Origin: an uncultured Planctomycetaceae bacterium
Lineage (GTDB): Bacteria; Planctomycetota; Planctomycetia; Isosphaerales; Isosphaeraceae
DNA length: 64,000 nt
Assembly: GCA_963833985.1 (NCBI GenBank)
Contig: CAWIAD010000002.1
Coordinates: 6,368,001 to 6,432,000 of the forward strand
Direction: 5' to 3'
In this document: piece after piece, positions 21,026 through 31,227 of the stretch
How positions within the stretch are numbered: position 1 is the first letter of the stretch
Layout of the letters: each line of letters begins with the position of its first letter
The notes under the pieces: model-generated
What the model was told of the DNA's origin: nothing
The model's database searches: none
The model's input: the letters and a program-made list of their open reading frames with translations, nothing else
Translations under genes and position numbers: made by a program

Positions 21026-23248
21026 ATGCTCCAGATCAAGCTGACCGATGGTTCGATCAAGGAATACCCTGAAGGGACGCGCCCGCGCGAGGTGGCCGCG
21101 GGCATCGGCAAGCGGCTGGCCGAGGCGGCTGTGGCCGCGGTGGCGGGCGGCACGATCGTCGACCTGGACCGGCCGCTGGAGAACGGCAGCGCCGGGCCGA
21201 TTGAGCTGCGGATCCTGACGTCCAGAGACCGTGAGGCGCTCGACGTGCTGCGGCACTCGACCGCGCATATCATGGCCCGGGCCATCATGCGGCTCTTCCC
21301 GGGCGTGCGGCTGGCCTTCGGGCCGACCACGGCCAGCGGATTCTACTACGACGTCGAGCTCGACGGCCGCAGCCTTTCCGAGGAGGACTTCCCGGCCATC
21401 GAGGCCGAGATGGCCCGCATCCTCAAGGACGCCGAGCCCTTCGAGCGCTTCACCATGCCGGTGGACGAGGCGCGGCAGTTCGTTGCCGACCTCGGCCAGA
21501 CACTCAAGGTGGAGCATATCGACGACGAGCTGCACAGGTTCGGCACGCTCAGCTTCTATCGCCAGGGCGAGTTTGTCGATCTCTGCCGCGGGCCGCACAT
21601 CCCCCACGCGGGCAAGGTCGGCGCGTTCAAGCTCCTCTCCATCGCGGGCGCTTACTGGAAGGGACAGACCGACCGCAAGATGCTCCAGCGCGTCTACGGC
21701 ACGGCCTTCTTCGACAAGAAAGAGCTCGACGCCCACCTGGCGCATCTCGAGGAGGCGAAGAAGCGCGATCACCGCAAGATCGGCAAGGAGCTGGGCCTGT
21801 TCACCATCTCTCCGCTGGTGGGCAGGGGCCTCATCCTCTGGATGCCCAAGGGGGCCGTCGTCCGGGGCATCCTCGAGACCTTCATGAAGACCGAACTCAT
21901 GAAGCGCGGGTATCAGCCGGTGTACACGCCGCACATCGGCAAGATCGAGCTGTACAGGACCAGCGGCCATTACCCCAAGTACCGCGACGGCCAGTTCCCG
22001 CCGCTCCGGATGCTCTCCAATGACGCGGCCAAGGAGCTGCTCGACGGCCTGGTCGCCGACACGCTGAACGACGGCGCCCAGCGCATCTTGCTGGGGAAGG
22101 CGGGCATTCCCGAGCACCTGCCGGTCCTCCAAACCGGTCCCGACGGCCAGCAGGCGCCCGGGATGTCGCGCTCGTTCTTCGAGATGAACGTCCCCGAGCG
22201 CATCGCCTACCTCGAGCAGACTTGCGATTATGAAGAGTACTTGCTCAAGCCAATGAATTGCCCGCACCACATCCAGATCTACGCGGCCCAGCCGCGGAGC
22301 TACCGCGATCTGCCCTTGCGGCTGGCCGAGTTCGGAACGGTGTACCGTTACGAGCAATCCGGAGAGATCGGCGGCATGACGCGGGTGCGCGGGTTCACCC
22401 AGGACGATGCCCACCTGTTTTGCACACATGACCAGGTGCGTGAGGAGTTCCGCGCCACGATGGAGCTGACTCAGTTCGTGCTCGGCGCGCTGGGACTGAA
22501 CGATTACCGCATGCGTCTGTCGAAGCACGACCCGTCCGACCCGAAGTTCCAGGGTGTTGACGGCGACGTCTGGCGGCGGGCGGAAGACGAGATCGAAGCC
22601 GTCCTCCGGGAGATGGGCTTGCCTTTCTTCGTGGGCACCGGTGAGGCCGCGTTCTACGGGCCGAAGGTGGACTTCATGGTCCGCGACTGCATTGGCCGCG
22701 AGTGGCAGCTTGGCACCGTGCAGCTCGATTACGTGCTCCCCGAGCGGTTCGCGCTGGAGTACATCGGGCAGGACAACCACACGCATCGCCCGGTGATGAT
22801 CCATCGGGCTCCCTTCGGCAGCCTGGAACGTTTCCTGGCCATCCTGATCGAGCACTTCGCCGGCGCCTTCCCGCTCTGGCTGGCTCCCGAGCAGGTGCGC
22901 GTGCTGCCCATCTCCGAGAAGGTGGCCGACTACGCCGCCGAGGTGCTAGCTGCGCTGGTGGCAGCGGGCTTCCGCGCCACGCTCGACCACCGGCCCGAAA
23001 AGATCAACGCCAAGATCCGCGACGCCCAGCTCGAGAAGATTCCGGCCATGCTCGTCGTCGGCGCCAAGGAGGCGGATCAGCGGGCCGTCTCCTTTCGCGA
23101 CCGCACCGCCGGCGACCTGGGGGCGATGCCGCTGGAGCAGGCGCTGGTCCGGCTCAGGCAGGAAGCCGAGGCTCGTACCGTGCCCATGGTCGCCGTGGAC
23201 CCCGGGCCGGCCGTTGCCGAAGAAGGCGGCGAGCAGCACGCGTACTGA
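21026..23248 (+). CDS. thrS: threonine--tRNA ligase
   Basis: TGS domain, RHSTAHIMA, DLCRGPH, KRDHRKIG, KPMNCPHH, RVRGFTQDDAH, AFYGPK, IHRAPFGSLERF. Confidence 0.98.
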   Translation: MLQIKLTDGSIKEYPEGTRPREVAAGIGKRLAEAAVAAVAGGTIVDLDRPLENGSAGPIELRILTSRDREALDVLRHSTAHIMARAIMRLFPGVRLAFGPTTASGFYYDVELDGRSLSEEDFPAIEAEMARILKDAEPFERFTMPVDEARQFVADLGQTLKVEHIDDELHRFGTLSFYRQGEFVDLCRGPHIPHAGKVGAFKLLSIAGAYWKGQTDRKMLQRVYGTAFFDKKELDAHLAHLEEAKKRDHRKIGKELGLFTISPLVGRGLILWMPKGAVVRGILETFMKTELMKRGYQPVYTPHIGKIELYRTSGHYPKYRDGQFPPLRMLSNDAAKELLDGLVADTLNDGAQRILLGKAGIPEHLPVLQTGPDGQQAPGMSRSFFEMNVPERIAYLEQTCDYEEYLLKPMNCPHHIQIYAAQPRSYRDLPLRLAEFGTVYRYEQSGEIGGMTRVRGFTQDDAHLFCTHDQVREEFRATMELTQFVLGALGLNDYRMRLSKHDPSDPKFQGVDGDVWRRAEDEIEAVLREMGLPFFVGTGEAAFYGPKVDFMVRDCIGREWQLGTVQLDYVLPERFALEYIGQDNHTHRPVMIHRAPFGSLERFLAILIEHFAGAFPLWLAPEQVRVLPISEKVADYAAEVLAALVAAGFRATLDHRPEKINAKIRDAQLEKIPAMLVVGAKEADQRAVSFRDRTAGDLGAMPLEQALVRLRQEAEARTVPMVAVDPGPAVAEEGGEQHAY

Positions 23249-23543
23249 CGTTCCGGGGATCTCTCTGTCGATGAGCCCAAATCCGCCCGCGGCTCGATGG
23301 ATGGGAAGATCCCGGTGCGAGTCAGCTCGACGGAGAGAAAGTGGGCGTTGACGCTGGCACGCCTTCGAGTCCGGGTTATGATGTTCCGTTCCGGTTCCCT
23401 GGAACCTTGCACCGCGTGACGATCGAGTCTCCAGTGAGCGTGATCATTCCAGGGCTCTTTCTTGTTGAAGCATTTCATCGTGCCTTGCTGTCCCGTACCG
23501 TAACCTGACGAGGTTGTCGACACGCCTCAGGAGCCACATCATC

Positions 23544-25342
23544 GTGAACAAGCGGGCCACTCGCACAGTCCTGGTCATCGCGCTTGGCGCGGGTCTGGGA
23601 TATGTGACCGCGACATTTCGGACCACGACGGAACACTCTGCCCTGGCCGCGCCTGCGGAGGAACTCGTTTCCAGTTCTCCGAATCCGTTGATCTCAACGA
23701 CAACTGTGAGCGATTGTTCCAGCCGGGCCAACCGCGGCGCCATGGTGGCGCTGGCGACAACCGGACTGGTGACCACCGGCGCGGCGCCGCCCAGGCTGGC
23801 AAGAAGCCCAACATCCTGGTGATCTGGGGCGACGACATTGGCATTCACAACATCAGCGCCTACAGCCTGGGCGTGATGGGATACCGAACGCCGAATATCG
23901 ACCGGATCGCCAGGGAAGGCGCCCTGTTCACCGACTTCTACGCGCAGCAAAGCTGCACAGCCGGGCGGGCGTCGTTCATCCTCGGCCAGCACCCCTTCCG
24001 CACCGGACTGCTGACGATTGGCATGCCCGGATCGCCGCACGGCATTCCGGACTGGACCCCGACGATCGCCGACCTGCTCAAGGCTCAGGGCTACGCGACC
24101 GGCCAGTTCGGCAAGAACCACCTCGGTGACAACAACAAGCACCTGCCCACCGTGCACGGGTTCGACGAGTTCTTCGGCAACCTCTACCATCTGAACGCAG
24201 AGGAGGAGCCCGAGGGGTATTACTATCCCAAGGACCCCGAGTTCAAGAAGAAGTACGGGCCGCGCGGAGTGCTCCACACCTGGGCCACTGACCAGGATGA
24301 CGCGACCGTGGATCCCAAGTGGGGCAGGGTCGGCAAGCAGAAGATCGAGGACACCGGGTCGCTCACGAGAGCGCGGATGCCGACCATCGACGAGGAGATC
24401 TACGCCAGGGCCACAGACTTCCTGGACCGGTCCGTCAAGACAGAGAAACCCTTCTTCGTATGGTTTAATAGCACGCGCATGCACGTCTGGACGCGGCTCA
24501 AGAAAGAGAGCCAGGGGCGAACCAGCGTCGGACTCTACCCTGACGGCATGGTTGAGCACGACGACATGGTCGGCCAGTTGCTCAAGAAGCTTGACGACCT
24601 GGGCGTCGCCGACAACACCATCGTCATCTATGGAACCGACAACGGGGCCGAAACGGTCAGCTGGCCCGACGGCGGCACCACACCGTTCCGGGGCGAGAAG
24701 GGGACGACCTCCGAGGGGGGCTTCCGCGTCCCCTGCATGATTCGCTGGCCCGGCGTCATCAAACCGGGGACAATTCTCAACGAGATCGCCTCGCTGGAAG
24801 ACTGGATGCCCACCCTGCTGGCGGCCGCGGGCGAACCCGAGATCGTCCAGAAGCTCAAGAACGGCTACGAAGCTGGCGGGAAGTCCTGGAAGATCCATGC
24901 CGACGGCTATAGCCTTCTGCCCTTGTTGAAGGGCGAGTCCACCAAGAGCCCGCGCGAGGAGATCTTCTACTTCGGCCAGGGAGGAGAGCTCAATTCCGTG
25001 CGCTGGAATGACTGGAAAGTCAACTTTGCCACCATGGAGGGGAACATCGCCACCGGCACCCGCAAGGTCACCGGCTGGCCCTTGATCATCAACCTGCGGG
25101 CCGACCCGTATGAGAAAGCCCCGTTCGAGTCCGGTATGTACATCCGCTGGTACGGCGACAACCTCTGGCTCTTCGTGCCGGTCCAGAACAAGCTCAAGGA
25201 GTTCCTCAGCACCATCCCTTTGTTTCCGTTTCAGGAGGGGAGCAGCCTGAACGCCGCCGGGATCAACTACCAGACGCTCAGGGCGGCCAACGCTCTCAAG
25301 CGGCTCAATGAAATGGAGACCCTGGGGCGACCGAGCAACTGA
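23544..25342 (+). CDS. arylsulfatase (Cys/formylglycine type) with export leader; frameshift near 23785
   Basis: KPNILVIWGDDIG, SCTAGRASF, GKNHLG, TDNG, GEKGT..EGGFRVP. The leader (GTG at 23544, AGGAG RBS) lies in a different frame from the catalytic part. Confidence 0.9.
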
Positions 25343-25592
25343 GATTGATGCCGTCGAACTCCGCGATGGCTTCCCCGGCCCTGCGCTCGCCCTCCCGTGG
25401 ATCGGCCCGAACTTCGGGATGGGCGGGGCGCTGCGGGCTCCGGGGATTGTAGCGATTGTAGTGATCTTATCGCCCGATCGGGCCGATAATTGTTCAAGCA
25501 ACATCCTGTGATTGCCTCGTCGTGAGCCGCATTGTCTGGCCCTCACGACGAGACCCGACTCCGCATGTCCACTATTTCCCTGGAGGACGACG

Positions 25593-27107
25593 ATGCCTCG
25601 CCCCATGGTCGCCGCGCTGGCGATACTGGCTGCCAGCGCGACGAATGCGTTCGCGCAGGGGATCATCGCGCCCACGGCCGGACCGATCAACAGCTCCATG
25701 GCCGGGGCCTCGGTCGCGGCCCCGGTCGATTTCGGCGGCAGCTACTGGAACCCGGCCATCCTCAGCGGCCTGCCGCGCAACGAGTTCCTGCTCGGCTCGC
25801 AACTCCTCATTCCCAGCTACCACCTGACCTCCAGCCTGCCCGCTGGTGCCATCGCCGGCATCTTCCCGCCGACGGGCCGCTACGGCGTGGCCCGCAGCGA
25901 CAGCGGCGTCGCCTCCAACCTCGCCACGGGTGTCTCCTTCCGGCTCAGTGACGATTCCAGGACCACGTTCGGCATCGGCGTCTTCGGCCTGGTGGGCGGC
26001 GGGGTCAATTACGCCGGCAGCAACACCACCCCCGTCCTCACTCCCCGGCAGCCCCCCAACTACCTCGGAGTCGGACCGATCTACTCGAGCACCTCGTTCC
26101 TGGCCATCTTGCTGACGGGCTCTCAGCAGGTCACTGACCGCCTGGCCATCGGCGGCGGGCCGATGATCGTCACCGGCCCCTCGGCGTTCAACCCGGCCTT
26201 CTTCGCACCGGGGCCCAAAGATCAGTATGGTTTGCCGACCTTCCCCGCGGGGACCAACGCCCGGCCGTTCTGGGGCGCCGGGTTCCAGATTGGCCTGCTG
26301 TATAACCTGAGCGACAACTGGAACATCGGCTTCTCGTACAAGAGCCCCGTCTGGCAAGAGCGGTACGGCTTCAACGCCTCCACCCCGGACCTCGCCGCGC
26401 GGCGGATCGGCATCCAGTCACAAGTGCCGGAGATCCTCTCGTGGGGTATCGCCTACAAGGGCTTCGAGCGGGCCCTCATCGACGTCGACCTCCGCTACCT
26501 GGATTACAAGAACACCACGCTGTATGGCACCAAGCCGATCGACGGCGGCCTGGGCTGGAGCAGCGTCTTCGCCGTTGCCCTCGGCGGCCAGTACCAGGTG
26601 ACCGATCGCCTCACCCTGCGATCGGGCTACCTCTACAACACCAATCCGATCAAGGGTACGAACACGCTCTTCAACATCCAGGCGCCCGGGTTCTTGCAGC
26701 AGATGTTCGCGGTTGGTGCGTCGTACCAGCTCACCGACGACATCGTTGTCACGGCGGCCTGGACGCATCAGTTCCGCAATGAGATCTCGGGCCCCGTTCT
26801 CCAGATCCCCGGCGAACGGATCAAGCTCGACGGGCAGACTGACTCCATCATCATGGGACTGAACGTCCGCTTCGGTGGGCGCGGGAGCCGGGTGGACAAT
26901 TCCGTCTCCGAGACGCCGATCCTTGTCCCACAGCCCCCGACCAGCCCCGCCGCGACCGATCCGGTGCTGCCGGAGGACGCATCTGCACCCGCTTTACCGT
27001 CGACCGCGGCCGCCCATGCCCCTGCCGCCGTCCCGGCGCCGTTGCCCCCGCTGCCGTCCGCGGCTCCGGCCGTCGCGACAAGCCAGCCGGGGACGACACG
27101 GCCATGA
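25593..27107 (+). CDS. OmpP1/FadL/TodX family outer membrane transport protein with Pro/Ala-rich tail
   Basis: Signal peptide AFA-QG, SMAGASVAAPVD..SYWNPA hatch motif, amphipathic beta strands, LTLRSGYLYN. Confidence 0.85.
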   Translation: MPRPMVAALAILAASATNAFAQGIIAPTAGPINSSMAGASVAAPVDFGGSYWNPAILSGLPRNEFLLGSQLLIPSYHLTSSLPAGAIAGIFPPTGRYGVARSDSGVASNLATGVSFRLSDDSRTTFGIGVFGLVGGGVNYAGSNTTPVLTPRQPPNYLGVGPIYSSTSFLAILLTGSQQVTDRLAIGGGPMIVTGPSAFNPAFFAPGPKDQYGLPTFPAGTNARPFWGAGFQIGLLYNLSDNWNIGFSYKSPVWQERYGFNASTPDLAARRIGIQSQVPEILSWGIAYKGFERALIDVDLRYLDYKNTTLYGTKPIDGGLGWSSVFAVALGGQYQVTDRLTLRSGYLYNTNPIKGTNTLFNIQAPGFLQQMFAVGASYQLTDDIVVTAAWTHQFRNEISGPVLQIPGERIKLDGQTDSIIMGLNVRFGGRGSRVDNSVSETPILVPQPPTSPAATDPVLPEDASAPALPSTAAAHAPAAVPAPLPPLPSAAPAVATSQPGTTRP

Positions 27108-28387
27108 TGACGCGGTTGATGGCGATCCGGCGCATGGCTCTTCTGGTCTGCGGTGCGGTCAGCGCGTGTGCCCTGTCCGGCTGTGCGTTCGGCCCCAAGG
27201 TGCTGGAGAAAACGCACTGGCGGTACCAGGAGGCGGTGCGCCAGGTCGACGAGGAGCAGTTGCTCAGGAACCTGGTGCACCTGCGCTACAGCGAGCTGCC
27301 GCTGGCCCTGAACGTCTCGTCGATCGCGGCCCAGTACGAGCTGACCGGCGCGGCGGAGGCCCGCCCCTTCTTCCTGGCGCCCAATCCCAGCAACAGCAAT
27401 GTCATCTTCAAGACGTTCACATCCATCCTTCCCGACCTCTCCGTGAGCGGAGCCAACCGGCCCACGATCACCCTGGTGCCCGGCGATACCGGCGAGGCAG
27501 TCCAGCGCTTCCTGACACCGATCCCGACCGAGACCCTCGTCTTCCTGAGCGAGTCGAGCTGGCCAGTGGCGGTGGTCTTGCGGCTCTGGGTCGAGCGGCT
27601 CAACGGCGTGCCGAACGCGGTGACGGCCAGCGGCCCCGCGCGCGGCGTCATCTCCGACCACGAGCGCTTTCTCCGTGTGGCCGGACTGCTTCAGCATGCC
27701 CAGGACCATGAACTGGCCACGATCCGCACGGAGCAGCGCGATCGCGTCCTGAGCGGCCCGATCGCGGGGTCTTCCATGACCGCGGCCTCGCTGGTCGATG
27801 CCGCGCGTGCCGGCATGGAATACCAGGCCTCCCCGGACCGCCAGAGCTGGGTCCTGGTGCGCAAGGAAGAGAAGCTCATGATCCGGGTGAATCCCCGCGC
27901 GGTCGATGCCCCCGAGGTCCGGGAGATCGTCGGGCTGCTGAACCTGCGGCCGGGCCAGCTTTACTACGACGTCGTCGTGGCGCCCGGCGACGTACCCGAC
28001 CCCCTGCTCTACCCGCGTCCCCCGTCGTCCGAGCTGCGGATCTCACCTCGTTCCACCTCGCAGGTCTTCTTTTACCTGTCCAATGGCGTGGAGGTGCCCG
28101 CCGCTCACCAGCAGTGCGGACTGGTGAAGCCCACGGTGAACGCCCAGGGGGAACCCATGGACAGCCGGGCGCTCACCCGCGGCCTCTTCGAGGTCCACGC
28201 CTGCTCGGGCCACAAGCCGCCGCCCACCGCGTATCTCGCCGTCAGGAACCGGGGCTACTGGTACTACATCGACGACCGCGACCAGGCCAGCAAGTCCACG
28301 CTCTCCCTGGTGCTCCAGCTCAGCCGGCTCGATTTCGGCACCCAGAAGGCGACCGGCCCCATCCTCACCTTGCCGGTGGGCCGCTGA
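27104..28387 (+). CDS. conserved hypothetical lipoprotein
   Basis: Lipobox LSGC; ATGA overlap with the FadL-like gene; EQLLRNLVHLRY and YWYYIDDRD..SK motifs. Confidence 0.8.
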   Translation: MMTRLMAIRRMALLVCGAVSACALSGCAFGPKVLEKTHWRYQEAVRQVDEEQLLRNLVHLRYSELPLALNVSSIAAQYELTGAAEARPFFLAPNPSNSNVIFKTFTSILPDLSVSGANRPTITLVPGDTGEAVQRFLTPIPTETLVFLSESSWPVAVVLRLWVERLNGVPNAVTASGPARGVISDHERFLRVAGLLQHAQDHELATIRTEQRDRVLSGPIAGSSMTAASLVDAARAGMEYQASPDRQSWVLVRKEEKLMIRVNPRAVDAPEVREIVGLLNLRPGQLYYDVVVAPGDVPDPLLYPRPPSSELRISPRSTSQVFFYLSNGVEVPAAHQQCGLVKPTVNAQGEPMDSRALTRGLFEVHACSGHKPPPTAYLAVRNRGYWYYIDDRDQASKSTLSLVLQLSRLDFGTQKATGPILTLPVGR

Positions 28388-28466
28388 CCCTTCCCAGGCG
28401 GTTCGGACAATCGAATCCATTCATTCCCCACTGCCACAGCCACAGTCGCGCCGGCCAGCCTGCCGG

Positions 28467-28732
28467 AAATTGGGTTCCTTCTGCGCCCGCTCGCACCCCA
28501 TTTTGTAGACGTTACTCTTTTTATTGTATATGTTTAGAGTGTCTCACCAATTTGGCTTCGTTCCCTCGATTTGTACGTGACTTCCAGCCTTCTGTGCTGC
28601 GTCAGCCCCGGACCCTTGCGGCGTGTCGCTGCCCGGTTCGTGGGTCCAGCCCCCCGGATGTAGGTCAGCCTTCGGACCCGTGAAATTGGCTTCGATCCCG
28701 CGATCCCGGCTCGAAGCCATCGGACGTTACTT
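28467..28732. repeat. diverged intergenic repeats with AA(A/T)TTGG(G/C)TTC core
   Basis: Copies at 28467, 28549 and 28683. The first and third are each followed about 40 bp later by GACGTTACT. Confidence 0.5.
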
Positions 28733-28790
28733 GTTCCGGAACAGTGACTTACACATCGTTTTTCGATTGAACGACCGTAGCGAACGACGG

Positions 28791-28821
28791 GTAGGGTGGG
28801 TCGAGCGTTGCGAGGCCCACC
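28791..28821 (+). repeat. GTAG-type REP element
   Basis: GTAG followed by imperfect hairpin GGTGGGTC..GGCCCACC. Confidence 0.65.
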
Positions 28822-29042
28822 GGCTGGCAGAGTTCCGCATGCGCCCGGCTGCACCCGCCCCACGACATCCCGGAACGATGCCGTCCTCTGCGCTCTTTCC
28901 GGATCGTTGTCCCCGGTTGCAAGTCCTCTCCTCCTTTCCGGGACCGAGCCCGGCAGACCAGCGCGTCGCCCGGCCGCGGCTCAGCGCGCTGGTCTCAACC
29001 ATCGGCCGGATTGTCAAGGAGCAAGGAGCGTCGGACCATCCT

Positions 29043-29154
29043 GTCCTGTATTCAGTTTACGGCAGGTTCCCACCATCCGCGATCAGAATCCCACCACCCC
29101 GCCGTCTCCCATCGCGGAGTGGCCTCGATCTCATTCCCCAGGAGGCAGGGCCAA
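29043..29154 (+). repeat. ~112 bp diverged direct repeat, copy 1
   Basis: Aligns by eye with 31057-31167 at about 80% with one gap. Begins with the end-like motif TGTCCTGTATT. Confidence 0.8.
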
Positions 29155-29235
29155 AGCGCCTCCTGGTTCGTCCGCTTCGTGACATCGGAGCTTCGCGTGG
29201 CAGTCCAGATGCACCCGTGCCCTGAGCATGGAGCG

Positions 29236-29452
29236 TCCGTACACGTGCGCAGCTTCGTGGATCACGGGCATCCGTGCACGTGCGCAGTTTTGTGGAGTAC
29301 GGAACCGATAGCCAGGTGCTCCAGCGTCGTGGAGTTTGAAACGGGAGTCCACTGCTCTATCGCCGTGGGGATCCGGGCGGATGGCCACTGCTCCATCGCC
29401 GTGGAGATCCGGGCGGATGGCCACGTGCGTCAGTACGTGGTTTTCACGGGCG
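29236..29452. repeat. degenerate ~36 bp tandem array, six units
   Basis: GTGG recurs at 29257, 29292, 29329, 29365, 29401 and 29437. Units 29349-29384 and 29385-29420 are 34/36 identical. Confidence 0.75.
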
Positions 29453-29642
29453 CAGCCTCCAACCTCGGCCGTGAGGCCGACCAGAACCCAGTCGCGAATC
29501 CCACCACCCGCTTGACCGCCGTCCTCGTCGCGCCCGCGATCGTCGCATGCCGCGCCGCTCGGACACGTGCAGACGTCCCATGTCTTGTAGCAACCTCTCG
29601 TTTAGGTTTCCCCGGTGTTTCAGGTGAGCAGAGCCACGCAGA

Positions 29643-29855
29643 GTCCTCCAGCGGGGCGTCCAAGTCGGGGGCCATCCAGTGCTTCGTGTCCTTCGCTGTG
29701 CCGGGCTGACAGGGCCATGTCGTCCGAGCTGGCTTGGTAACGATGGCTTTCGGTTCACCCTCCATGGTCAGTACCAGTTCCTCGCCCGGAACCATCCCTT
29801 CGACGAGTTGGTGCAGCGAGCCGACAGCGACATCGAACGGCAATTTACGTGGCAT
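29643..29855 (-). pseudogene. type II antitoxin (Phd/DUF2281-like), 3' end replaced, toxin absent
   Basis: PGEELVLT..GEPKAIV...PGTAKD..WMAPDLDAPLED, then no stop at the expected position. AGGGAG RBS. Confidence 0.65.
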
Positions 29856-30401
29856 TTGCATGCTCCCTGAGGTTCGGCTTCTGACGACGGCTGAGCCAGA
29901 CACCCGCCACCTTCGCCACGTTCAGTCCTTCTTCATGGGGATCATCGAGGAGGGCATGGTGAGCCCTCATTGAGTTCTGCGTAACACCGGTTGAATCGGT
30001 CTCGGTTGGCCCCCGCGATGCGGCGAGGCTTCTCTGCCGCGAACGGCGGGTGCATTGATCTAACCCTTCGCGACCACATCTTGACCCCGGGTCATATCGC
30101 GTCCGGCCGAGCTGACAGACGCGTGGCTCGATCCCGGAGCGGCCCGGCTCTCCAGGCGGCTCGTCGGTCGCGCCGTCAACGCCCCGAGGTTCGATTCCAG
30201 GATCAAGTCGATTCGCCGATGCACTCAGTTTAACCGGCCCTTCGGCGGCGGGGAGAGGGTCCACCAGACCGCCGTCGCGCCGGCCCGGTCTCCGCACTCA
30301 CCATCCCGGGCAGTTCGGTCCTGGAGACCCGCTTAATGGAAGCCGGCCGATGACGGTTCGCTTCCCACGTGATCCGACCTGCCGCATGCCTCGATACGTC
30401 C

Positions 30402-30764
30402 TCATCGAGAGCGCCGTTTCGTTTGTCGCACAGGCTGTGCGACAATTTCCGGCGTCCAGTAAGCGAGATAGAACGCACGCATGCGGAATACGTTGCTGCG
30501 GGAAAACCCGCCCACGCCGGGGAGGGCTTTTTGAAGGTCATCGGCGAGCCGCTCAAGCACCTGCTGTCCCCAGTTCGCCTGTTCCTTCCGCTGGACGAGC
30601 TCCCGGCCAATCTCCCAGTAGAGGCGAATCAGCTCCCGGTTCACGGAGAGCGCTGCCTGCGTCTGGGCATGGCGAAAGCGGGCCTTCAGCGATTCCAGGA
30701 ACTCGGCGTAGTCCAGCGGCAGGTCGGGGGCCGTGGTGAGGCCGCCTTGTTTCTTGCGGGCCAT
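30402..30764 (-). pseudogene. yhcG: YhcG/DUF1016 N-terminal fragment (nuclease domain missing)
   Basis: AQTQAALSVNRELIRLYWEIGREL, WGQQVLERLADDL, GFSRSNVFRMRAFY. Stops after 120 aa. Confidence 0.85.
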
Positions 30765-30890
30765 CAGTCCCCTTCGTCCATCGGTTTGCCTCGCACCTGG
30801 CCCGTGAGCAGCATCTGTATGAGGCCTTTCTTCCTTCTGGGCCTTGAGCGCTTCCAGTTCCTTGCTCGAGAGGTCGAGATCGCGGTCCGT
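30764..30890 (-). pseudogene. hsdS: 3' remnant of type I restriction-modification specificity subunit
   Basis: DRDLDLSSKELEALKAQK/KKGLIQMLLTGQVR with an internal frameshift matches the HsdS C-terminal coiled coil. Stop overlaps the yhcG start (TGATG). Confidence 0.7.
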
Positions 30891-31056
30891 TCCCCGGAAA
30901 GAAAGGTGATCTTCCTTTGCTCCTAAATTGTGGGTAGCGGAATGACCGTCCTGGGAGAGAGGCCATCCCGAAGGAAGCCGGCTGATGACCGCACTCTTCC
31001 CATGTGATCCAACCTTCCGGCACGCCCACTATGTCTCCCTCGAATCCCCTCATCGC

Positions 31057-31167
31057 GTCCTGTATCAGTTTGCGGCAGCTTCGCAGCGCAAGCGGTCAGC
31101 AACCCACTCCCTCGACGTCTCCCCTCACTGAGTGGCCTCGATCCAATTCCCCAGGAGGCAGAGCCCA
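31057..31167 (+). repeat. ~111 bp diverged direct repeat, copy 2
   Basis: Shares GAGTGGCCTCGATC and ATTCCCCAGGAGGCAG blocks with copy 1. Confidence 0.8.
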
Positions 31168-31227
31168 ATGTGTACACGATCGCAGTTAGCGACCATGCGA
31201 TCGTGCGTAACGGTTTACGCGCAATGC

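Noticed and set aside
22004..22231. Intein or intron in thrS
   Set aside because: In-frame insertion lacking intein terminal residues and splicing motifs.
20987..22855. Long antisense ORFs (e.g. 622 aa opposite thrS, 751 aa opposite the sulfatase, 568 aa at 40902, 664 aa at 59706)
   Set aside because: Shadow ORFs expected from high GC and codon bias. They have no recognisable motifs and overlap well-supported genes.
29236..29452. CRISPR array
   Set aside because: Units are contiguous degenerate tandem copies with no constant repeat plus unique spacer structure, and there are no cas genes in the window.
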